Positions 8,971-16,484 of a DNA stretch of 64,000 bases are shown piece by piece. Location: the NCBI GenBank assembly GCA_016190935.1, contig JACPPP010000046.1, positions 20,317 through 84,316 of the forward strand, written 5' to 3'. The notes under the pieces are model-generated. The model searched no databases. It saw only the letters and a program-made list of their open reading frames with translations, and had not been told where the DNA came from. The DNA is from Armatimonadota bacterium. GTDB taxonomy: Bacteria; Armatimonadota; UBA5829; DTLH01. Within the stretch, counting starts at the first letter, position 1. Each line of letters opens with the position of its first letter. The position numbers and the translations under genes were made by a program.

Positions 8971-9955
8971 TTGGCTACCGAAATCACTCCTTTCACCGGC
9001 AACGCCCTTGCCGGAAGGCACACTTTCATATTGCCTCGGGTCATCCAGGATGCCGGCGAGGACGCGTCCAGGCGGTTCCTGGAGTTCTTCACCGCAGATA
9101 TCAGGAATCCCAATACCCGCCCGCCAGGCATATGCCCGTGCCACAAGGGACTTCTTCCTCTGGTGCGAAAGGCACAGGTTGTCTCTGCATCAACTTGAGC
9201 CTATGCTCGTAGCGGCGTATATCGAGGAACTTCAGAGGTCTCAGTCCGCACCGACAGTGAAGCAGCACCTTGCCGCTATCCGGATGCTCTTTGATTACCT
9301 GGTGGTCCGCCAGGTAATCCCAATGAACCCGGCTGCATCAGTCAGAGGACCGAAGTATGTCATCAAGCGTGGAAAGACTCCTGTCCTATCGGCTACCGAC
9401 GCCAGGCGGCTCCTCGACAGCATCGATGTGTCCCAGGTGGTCGGGCTCCGCGATCGCGCGCTTATAGCTCTCATGGTCTACTCCTTTGCCCGGGTCAGTG
9501 CAGCAGTGAATATGCGCGTGGAGGACTACTACGCCAACGGAAAGCGCTGGTGGATCCGGCTTCACGAGAAGGGGGGCAAGTTTCACGAAGTCCCCGTGCA
9601 TCACAATGCTGAGGCCTATCTGGACGCTTATATAGCTGCTGCCGGCATCAGCGATGACCGCAGGGGTCCGCTTTTCCGAACTGCTGAAGGAAAGACCAAA
9701 GTGCTAACGACCCGCGCGATGACCAGGAACGATGCCCTGAGGATGATAAAGAGGAGGGCTGCAGACGCAGGACTCGCTGTTAACATCTCCTGCCACACAT
9801 CCCGGGCCACCGGGATCACTGCCTACCTGGAGAACGGCGGGACTATAGAAAACGCACAGGCAATTGCTGCGCATGAGTCTCCACGGACAACCAAGCTCTA
9901 CGACAGGACAACTGACCAGATAACGCTTGATGAGATCGAGAGAATAACCATATAG
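8971..9955 (+). pseudogene. Tyrosine recombinase/phage integrase (XerC/D-like) with an apparent +1 frameshift near 9118-9124 (extra C in a cccgcccgcc run); TTG start at 8971 preceded by aggagg
   Basis: Frame 1 from 8971 gives LATEITPF...RRFLEFFTADIRNPNTR, then stops at 9198. Frame 2 from 9122 continues RQAYARATRDFFLWCERHRL... through the catalytic region (R...HxxR...Y: HTSRATGITAYLENGGTIENAQAIAAHESPRTTKLYD). Joining the two after deleting one C gives the canonical ...NPNTRRQAYARATRDFF... motif. Confidence 0.6.
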
Positions 9956-10000
9956 CCAAGACCGCCGAACGGGAAAGGGGCAGGAATGACGTCCAACCTT

Positions 10001-11506
10001 TCACCGCAACATGAAAGACGGGGAGTAGCTTGGCTGTTGGTCTTCCATCAACTGTATCTCCTGACACACCGCATTGAACCGGTGGCCTAGAAAGCATGCG
10101 CCACTCAGCGGACCGAAGTAGTAGAGCAGCAGCTTCGTGGCACGCCATCTGCGCACAAACGCCCTTACCATATCCTTAGCCTCATCCGCAAGCGCAACCA
10201 GGTCTCCTGTGCTACGGATGCAGTCTCTACCCAGCTCGCGCTCAGGCCGAAGCAGCAACAGCGCTGCTATCTCCTCACTGCGTTCATGAAGATGCTCCCG
10301 CACTGCGTCGTCGATGGTGCCAGTCACACTTATACCAACGGCCACTGTCGTTCCGCTTCCATCAATGATCTCACCGTCGAAGTTACTCCCCTGATCGCTG
10401 ACTATCACCCTAAAACCATCGGCCTTTCGATCACTCGTGCGCCAAAGAACTCCGTTCTGGTCCACCTCAAGCGTGTATCCGGCTGCATCTCTGAACATAT
10501 GGCCAAACGCAAACCACGCGGAGAGCCTCGCCTTCCCTCGCACCCTGATCAGCCTCATGGAGGTAGACGCGCCCAGCTCGCACTTCAGCCTCTCCAACTC
10601 TGGCAGAAGGTGCTCATTCCAATCATACTGGGGCTGAAGTTGCCGACCCTTGGCGGCTGCACTACCTTCGAAGTAGTCGCACCAGTCGATCACGTAGTCG
10701 GGCTCAAGCTCATACTTCTCACGTACAATCGTGTTCAGGTGCACCGTGATGCATGGTTCCTGGCCTTGGGGCAGCAGGAGATCGTGCTTTCTCACAAGTT
10801 CATCCAGGTCATGCAAATACATGTCCTTCTTACTGGCCTTGATCCATTCCCTTACGATGCTCACGGCCAGCAGCAGTGCATCCTCATCTGGCCTCAGCCC
10901 AAGGCTGCACATCCGCTCGGCCACCAAATCGCGTAGGTCGTCGGCACCTGTTGAGCCGATCTTGAAGCGGATGCAGCCGGCAAACTCCCTCAGCTCGTCG
11001 GGACCGGCATCCAAATGAGAAAGCCAGTTCCCGTGTACCTCAGAATGCTCTTTGTGCTCAAAGAAGCTGGCTTTGATGCCTCCGTTTTCGTCCACGCAGG
11101 CGGTGAAGAACATATCATGTCGATCCCATGTCCAGTTGCTAACCAGATATAGTTCAATCGGGCCGGGCTTCGAGTCGCGTAGTAGCTTCCACGACCGCCA
11201 AAACTTCTGCAGTAGGCTCGATCTTTCTCTGGTGCGAGCCATCAGGACATCGCTGGAATACTGATTCCTTTGGTCCACGTGATACTTGATCTGGTAGAAC
11301 CGACTCGGTTTCAAGGTCTCAGGCTCGTACTCAATGGTAACGTCGTCCATTGATCCGGCTTCGGCATCCTCGATGCAGACTCGTCGGACCATCCTCTGCG
11401 GCATCTTCAGCTCGAGAGCCAACCACCAAGCGTAAAGGTGCTGATAATCATCGCCCTTTAGCCGCGCGATGACTTGATTCGCCATGTTATCCTCCATTCG
11501 GCGCAC
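10001..11506 (-). CDS. cap4: Cap4-like CBASS effector: N-terminal DUF4297-type restriction-endonuclease-like nuclease domain fused to a C-terminal SAVED domain
   Basis: C-terminal LLLYYFGPLSGACFLGHRFN resembles the SAVED/CHAT-like terminal motif. N-terminus has GDDYQHLYAWWLALEL...IEDAEAGSMDDVTIEY...QIKYH, consistent with DUF4297-like nuclease. Sits immediately downstream of a CD-NTase. Confidence 0.65.
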   Translation of the reverse strand: MRRMEDNMANQVIARLKGDDYQHLYAWWLALELKMPQRMVRRVCIEDAEAGSMDDVTIEYEPETLKPSRFYQIKYHVDQRNQYSSDVLMARTRERSSLLQKFWRSWKLLRDSKPGPIELYLVSNWTWDRHDMFFTACVDENGGIKASFFEHKEHSEVHGNWLSHLDAGPDELREFAGCIRFKIGSTGADDLRDLVAERMCSLGLRPDEDALLLAVSIVREWIKASKKDMYLHDLDELVRKHDLLLPQGQEPCITVHLNTIVREKYELEPDYVIDWCDYFEGSAAAKGRQLQPQYDWNEHLLPELERLKCELGASTSMRLIRVRGKARLSAWFAFGHMFRDAAGYTLEVDQNGVLWRTSDRKADGFRVIVSDQGSNFDGEIIDGSGTTVAVGISVTGTIDDAVREHLHERSEEIAALLLLRPERELGRDCIRSTGDLVALADEAKDMVRAFVRRWRATKLLLYYFGPLSGACFLGHRFNAVCQEIQLMEDQQPSYSPSFMLR

Positions 11507-11518
11507 ATTTTGGGCGCC

Positions 11519-12424
11519 TCACGATAGCGGGAACAACGGGCCAAACAGGTCTCGCCACGCCCTTAGCGCCTCTCCGTTCTTCCCGCTCTTTTCCAACTGA
11601 ATGGCCTGCGCAGCCGCGTATTGTGCATTGAGAAGCGCGGCTTTTGCCTTCTCGCGCTGCGAGTAGTCCATGCTATCACTTACCGCTGGCCCCAGCCCGG
11701 CAGGATCCGGCCATTCATCATGGATGCGGTCAGCAAGGGATGCGAAGAAGGACTTCATCTCATAGCGGAAATCGCCCTGGAAGCCGCCGTAGAGAACCTC
11801 CAGAGCCATAACCTCAATGAGGAAAGACGGTTTGATCGGCTTGCCCTGCTGGCTGTTCCACTTCTTCATCATACGGACGAGCCCTTTCCATTCTCCGGAA
11901 TACGCCCGCTGTGCCTCCACAGCCTTGTCGTAGTGGACCCTGGGGTTTGTCTTCACCCAGTCTGCCGTGATGGTGTCAGGGATATCGTAGTAGTCCTCCA
12001 GAGAAAAAGCCGGCACAACATCGAAGCTCATGACCTTACCATCTGTCTCATCGTCTACTGCCTGTACGCCGAAATCCACCGTTACTGACCGGCGCTGGCA
12101 GCTCACCCGGTTCGCGCCGTACTTGTCCGCGAGCACGTCACGAACCGCGCCGAGCACCTCAGACGGCAGGCTATCGCGGTAATGCCGTTCTTTCTCCCCG
12201 AGCACACAGAAGATGTCGACATCCTTCAGAGGCTTTGTTTTCGTCCACCTTGCATAGGAGCCTGTGAGGAAATCGTGCTCGATGTCAAAACAGCAGTCCA
12301 GGTAGCTGCGGATCTCCTTCTGGCGCCGCGAAGCATCTTGCTGCTCGCGGTCGCTCAGCTCAAGGCGGCTTCGGAGTGTTCGGAGAGCATCCGCTATGGT
12401 TATCATTGTTACACCCTCCTCCAA
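11519..12424 (-). CDS. cGAS/DncV-like nucleotidyltransferase (CD-NTase) of a CBASS system
   Basis: Nucleotidyltransferase signature GSYARWTKTKPLKDVDIFCVL (GS...DhD), about 300 aa. Operon context with TRIP13-like and SAVED proteins. Confidence 0.8.
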   Translation of the reverse strand: MEEGVTMITIADALRTLRSRLELSDREQQDASRRQKEIRSYLDCCFDIEHDFLTGSYARWTKTKPLKDVDIFCVLGEKERHYRDSLPSEVLGAVRDVLADKYGANRVSCQRRSVTVDFGVQAVDDETDGKVMSFDVVPAFSLEDYYDIPDTITADWVKTNPRVHYDKAVEAQRAYSGEWKGLVRMMKKWNSQQGKPIKPSFLIEVMALEVLYGGFQGDFRYEMKSFFASLADRIHDEWPDPAGLGPAVSDSMDYSQREKAKAALLNAQYAAAQAIQLEKSGKNGEALRAWRDLFGPLFPLS

Positions 12425-12909
12425 TAACCGGCTGACGCACTCAACCCGCTTCCGTCCACGGTCGTGCCTATGCTCTGCCGGACCAGTCCATCAGTAGATC
12501 GCAGTGTGGTGCTGCTCCAGCCGGATACGTCAGCGCGACCTGGCTTCGTGCTCGCGACGATCCGGTAGTCGCGGCTGCTGGGCCAGCATCCGGCTTTGAG
12601 AATGTGGTATTTCAGATCATCGGTATCGACCCAGAATGCGCCGTCACCGGTAAAGCTGTAGCAGATCGTGAAGTCCCATCTGCAGACGAGCCTGTCCGTT
12701 GACGGATTGAACACCTCAAGTACCAACTCAGTCAGGTCCCTGGTCTCAAGCCACCGCCTGAGGCCCCGTTCCAGCACAACCCACTCACCTGCCATCTTCT
12801 CCGGGCTGAGTCCGCTGGCGACGATGATGTCTTTCAGAGACATCAGCAGCTTGTCCGCGACATACGTCACGGAATGTGTGTATGTGTTTACCATAACTAC
12901 TGTGCTCAT
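12409..12909 (-). CDS. Small protein, putative bacterial HORMA-domain protein (Cap7/Cap8-like) of type III CBASS
   Basis: 166 aa, beta-rich. Assignment is by size and position between CD-NTase and TRIP13-like ATPase; no diagnostic motif recognised. Confidence 0.35.
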   Translation of the reverse strand: MSTVVMVNTYTHSVTYVADKLLMSLKDIIVASGLSPEKMAGEWVVLERGLRRWLETRDLTELVLEVFNPSTDRLVCRWDFTICYSFTGDGAFWVDTDDLKYHILKAGCWPSSRDYRIVASTKPGRADVSGWSSTTLRSTDGLVRQSIGTTVDGSGLSASAGYWRRV

Positions 12910-13373
12910 CGTCTGAAGAACGCCTCCTTACTGGCCACCGTATTCGCTTGGGTGGCATCCCGGCCTTTATCCGGTACGGCCTCCGCCAAATCGCGTGCGC
13001 TGACCCTGACCGAGCGCCGCGTGAGAGCAGCCTGAACCCATTGGAGATCCTCCGTTGGGCAGGGCAAGGACATGTGCCAATCCCCATCTGTTGGGCAAAA
13101 CGGAAGCGCCGACTCGCTGGCATCTTCGCCGGACACGGCGTCTTCGCCATAAAGGCAGTAGATCCGCACGCGGGGCCCGCTGCCCCATAGCACGATGGGC
13201 GCTTCCTTCATAGCTTCAGAAGCGATCAATGAGCTCGCTATTCCCGCGACGCCACTCAGTTCATCCCTGGCGTTGTTCGCGGACGCTGGTGCGAGCAGAT
13301 CGGCTATCGCAGCCCACGTATCTGCCGCAGACCGAACTGGCGACGAGATCACCCGCCTTGCTATTACTGTCAT
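12906..13373 (-). CDS. Small protein, putative second HORMA-domain protein of type III CBASS
   Basis: 155 aa, immediately downstream of the TRIP13-like gene with a 4-nt overlap. Assignment by context only. Confidence 0.35.
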   Translation of the reverse strand: MTVIARRVISSPVRSAADTWAAIADLLAPASANNARDELSGVAGIASSLIASEAMKEAPIVLWGSGPRVRIYCLYGEDAVSGEDASESALPFCPTDGDWHMSLPCPTEDLQWVQAALTRRSVRVSARDLAEAVPDKGRDATQANTVASKEAFFRR

Positions 13374-14350
13374 CTTGTCTCCTCCTGGATACCAGCAGAG
13401 ACACCCTTCTCGTGCTGCACAGCTCGCAGTAGGAGCTCCGCTGTCAGTCTGTTGGGGTCCAGAGCCGTCTCTTTGTCAAATGTGCACGCCGCTGGAACAA
13501 TCTTCCTTATGCGGCGACCATCAAGCCCCACGCACAATTCCGCCGCCGTCCTAAAGCGGGAGTCCGACAGGATCTTGCCTGCCCCTGTATAATGCTTGGC
13601 CAGCGCCTGTACCGCATCCGTTAGGATCTGCGTGCAAGCCTGAGCGTTAGGCATTCCGATGTTCAGGACTAGGTCCGCCCGCGATACGAAAGCAGCATCG
13701 ATAGCCCGGGGGAAGTTGCTAGTAGCGACGAACAGCAACCGAGGGTACCGCGCAGCCAGTTGGTCTAACTGAGCCAAGACGGCGTCGGTAGCACGATGCA
13801 CGTCAATGGGGTTTGCCTCTAGGCTCAGTTTGCTTCTATCGGCGGCAAGCGTCTCCACCTCGTCCAAGAGCACCACCAGCGGACCGCGTAGTGCCGGCTC
13901 CGCTATCGTGGTGCCCAGCAACTCGGTTACGGCTCTCTGGCTCTTGCCCAAGGCGGCGCTCGCTAGGGCGTGTGGTTCCACCTCAAGATAGGTGAAGTTC
14001 GAGTTCTTGCCGAAGACCTCAGCCGTCCTGGCGGCAAGTCCGCGCGCAAGCGATGTTTTGCCGGTTCCGGGCTCGCCTACCAACAAGATAACCCCGTGCA
14101 ACGGGATTGCAGCTTTGTCCACGGTAGGACGCAGCGTAAAACTCAAGATAGCCTGGCTGAGTAGCCGGTCCTTGAGCTGTTGATCCACTATGATCGAGTC
14201 CCAAAGCTTAAGGAACTCGCTATCGGGGAGCAGGCGGCTATCCAGAATCCCCTGGGCCTCTACACCCCCTGACATTGCTCCTGATTGCGCACCAGGTCGG
14301 GTGCGCCCCGTGCCAGGCGCCACGCCTGGCCGAAACCCGTTACTATTCAT
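13370..14350 (-). CDS. TRIP13/Pch2-like AAA+ ATPase (Cap6-like) of type III CBASS
   Basis: Walker A HGVILLVGEPGTGKTSLARGLA, Walker B VVLLDEVETL, sensor region FVATSNFPRAIDAAF. Start chosen at Met 14350, preceded by a ggaagga RBS on the coding strand. Confidence 0.75.
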   Translation of the reverse strand: MNSNGFRPGVAPGTGRTRPGAQSGAMSGGVEAQGILDSRLLPDSEFLKLWDSIIVDQQLKDRLLSQAILSFTLRPTVDKAAIPLHGVILLVGEPGTGKTSLARGLAARTAEVFGKNSNFTYLEVEPHALASAALGKSQRAVTELLGTTIAEPALRGPLVVLLDEVETLAADRSKLSLEANPIDVHRATDAVLAQLDQLAARYPRLLFVATSNFPRAIDAAFVSRADLVLNIGMPNAQACTQILTDAVQALAKHYTGAGKILSDSRFRTAAELCVGLDGRRIRKIVPAACTFDKETALDPNRLTAELLLRAVQHEKGVSAGIQEETR

Positions 14351-14466
14351 AAGTGTCTCCTTCCCGGAGCAGATGCTTGCGGTGTGGCCGTCACCCCACA
14401 CCGCTTGTCTACTCGCGGCCATTTGCGTTGCTACTCAACGCAAGCGTTTATTCATAAGAAAACCGC

Positions 14467-15051
14467 TCACCATGCATGCTGGACCGCCATGTCGCCCAAG
14501 CGGTAGTGTAACGCGGTGAAGCTCACGCCGATGGATTCGGCGAGCCGTCGGAACCCGGAAGAAGTCTGGACATTGTAGCACGGAATTGCCTCCTGCAGCA
14601 GGTCCTTAGGCATCAGAAGCCTTGCCGCATAGCGATCTGCCGCAGACTCCTTCATGTCGCGGTCTCCGTCCCTGCATATGATCCTCGTGTCTGAGTCTCC
14701 GAACAGGAGACCTTGACTCAGGACGGCCTGGTTCACGTGCATCTGCCAGTGTCCGATCTCGTGGGCGATGGTGAACCTCTGCATACCTGGACAGTCATCA
14801 AAGCTCTGAAGGTAGTTCTCGTTCAGATATACAGTCCTCTCCACTGGGAAGAGCGACCCCAGAACCGACTCTCCCAGAGGGGACAGGTCTTCGTACACAA
14901 GCGCCAGATCAAGAGTCCGTTCCAGTATTGCCTCCACGGGAATGGGCAGAGCAGGAGTCCAGTCATCCTTGCGCGCATGAAACCTTATCAGCTCGTAGGC
15001 TTTCTGCTCTAAGACATTGTTGCTGAACGGAACGTCAAGATTCTTGAGCAT
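14467..15051 (-). CDS. capP: CapP-like ImmA/IrrE-family zinc metallopeptidase (CBASS regulator)
   Basis: HEIGH zincin motif in FTIAHEIGHWQMH. Paired with an upstream XRE HTH gene in front of the CBASS operon. Start at internal Met (MLKNLDVPF). Confidence 0.7.
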   Translation of the reverse strand: MLKNLDVPFSNNVLEQKAYELIRFHARKDDWTPALPIPVEAILERTLDLALVYEDLSPLGESVLGSLFPVERTVYLNENYLQSFDDCPGMQRFTIAHEIGHWQMHVNQAVLSQGLLFGDSDTRIICRDGDRDMKESAADRYAARLLMPKDLLQEAIPCYNVQTSSGFRRLAESIGVSFTALHYRLGDMAVQHAW

Positions 15052-15400
15052 CGTCCTTCGTCTTCTCCATCTCTTCGTCGAGTATCTCCTTTGCTTTGGA
15101 TGGCCCGTGATCTTTCCATGCCCGTAGCAGTCTGGTGGCCTCGGGGTTGCTGACAATGAACTCATGTATCGCAGCATCTACCTTGTTCGCCAGCGCCAGA
15201 AGCTCATCAGCATCCAGTTCCAGGGTCTTGGAGAGCTTGAGTATCACTTCCTCCGATGGTGGTGGAAATCTCCCTGTCTCGACTTTGCTGAGATAGGTGA
15301 AATCAATGCGAGCGGCATCCGCCACTTCCCGCAAACTCAGCCGCAACTCCTTCCGGCGGTCTCTTATTGTTGAACCAAAAGTCGGCTCCATCAGCTTCAC
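15035..15400 (-). CDS. capH: CapH-like XRE-family HTH regulator (CBASS regulator)
   Basis: TFGSTIRDRRKELRLSLREVADAARIDFTYLSKVETGR is a classic HTH_3 motif. Immediately upstream of, and slightly overlapping, the ImmA-like peptidase gene. Confidence 0.7.
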   Translation of the reverse strand: MKLMEPTFGSTIRDRRKELRLSLREVADAARIDFTYLSKVETGRFPPPSEEVILKLSKTLELDADELLALANKVDAAIHEFIVSNPEATRLLRAWKDHGPSKAKEILDEEMEKTKDDAQES

Positions 15401-15450
15401 CGATTTATTCTACCATATTGTTGAGTATGTATGCAACATGCAACCCCGCC
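15401..15450 (-). promoter_or_regulatory. Candidate sigma-70 promoter for capH: TTGCAT-(18 nt)-TAGAAT on the minus strand
   Basis: Reverse complement of 15401-15450 reads atgTTGCATacatactcaacaatatggTAGAATaaatcggtgaagctg, directly upstream of the capH start. Confidence 0.3.
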
Positions 15451-15464
15451 GGGGGATATCGCTG

Positions 15465-16484
15465 TCAGGTGAGTCTGCGAAGGCATGAGGCCAGTAGCGA
15501 GAGCAGTTCAGCCAGCCTCAGCACTGCCTTTTCTCGGATCACCAGCCGCTCGCCCACTCTGTAGGCCCTATCGCCGGTCTTGTCGATGTATTCCTGATCA
15601 ATGATCCCGTCCTTATGCGCCAGTAGATGTCGCTGCTGAAAGTATCTTACCAGTTCCTCAAGATCCGGCCTGGGGACGAGCTCGTCATAACCTTTACCAG
15701 CAGCCTTCCGCCACAGATCGCTCGATTCCGCAATACTCTGGAACACATTCTTGCGGCGCTTGAAATGGCTGGCAGTGGGAAGCAAGTCGAAAGTAGCCTC
15801 GGCGAATCGCTGAAAGGCCGCAACGAGTTTCGTGAAGGACTCCTCCAACATCAGCCGCTGCACGTTCTCAGCGGTATCGCGGTCCGGCATTGACTGTCGG
15901 ATATCTGGGATGTGCGCCACAGTCTTTCTGACGGCATCTACGGCCACCTCGAACATAGTCGCAGCGGAATTGTGGCCACAAGCTGGACAGAAGAAAGCTG
16001 CGCCAAAGGCCGAGTAGCGGCAGTGGCAGCCCTCGCATTCGAATCTCTGCCGCATCATCTCCGCAACTTCGTAAGGCACTACGACTTGCCTTGGGCCCGG
16101 TTTGTAGGACATAGACATTGTGATGAACCCACCGCGCGGCTGCGACCGGTTGAATGACTGTGTATCACGCCGCAGGGCCTCTCCGAGTTGGTCGCTGATG
16201 TAGCGGAAAGCGTAGTCCCGGATGTACTTGTTCTGCTGCTTGGTGTTGAAGGCGCTCGGGTCCGATTTGCGTCCGCAGATAGGACAGTAGGCTTCCTCTT
16301 CGGGCACCTTCTCCTTCCAGTCGTCCATCATCACCTTGAACTCACTCTTGCACCGTGAAGACGGGCACTTCCGGTCCAGATAGCCGTCATCGTCGAGTGG
16401 CATTGGGATGGGAGCGCTCACACTGTCACCCCATTGGCGGAGCAGACGCTGCGTCTGATCGAACATAGCTGCCTCCTGAGCCAT
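15465..16484 (-). CDS. Double zinc-ribbon protein with C-terminal alpha-helical domain carrying an HEPN-like Rx4H motif (QRHLLAH); function unknown
   Basis: Two CxxC...CxxC clusters (CPSSRC...CPICG; CEGCHC...CPACGH), then a helical C-terminal half with RHLLAH. Overlaps the upstream GHKL gene by about 40-59 nt, suggesting translational coupling. Confidence 0.35.
   Translation of the reverse strand: MAQEAAMFDQTQRLLRQWGDSVSAPIPMPLDDDGYLDRKCPSSRCKSEFKVMMDDWKEKVPEEEAYCPICGRKSDPSAFNTKQQNKYIRDYAFRYISDQLGEALRRDTQSFNRSQPRGGFITMSMSYKPGPRQVVVPYEVAEMMRQRFECEGCHCRYSAFGAAFFCPACGHNSAATMFEVAVDAVRKTVAHIPDIRQSMPDRDTAENVQRLMLEESFTKLVAAFQRFAEATFDLLPTASHFKRRKNVFQSIAESSDLWRKAAGKGYDELVPRPDLEELVRYFQQRHLLAHKDGIIDQEYIDKTGDRAYRVGERLVIREKAVLRLAELLSLLASCLRRLT

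Noticed and set aside
12409-13373. Calling the two small CBASS genes Cap2/Cap3 (E1/E2 and JAB) of a type II system
   Set aside because: Too small (155 and 166 aa) and no JAB/E1 motifs. The presence of a TRIP13-like AAA+ gene points to type III with HORMA partners.
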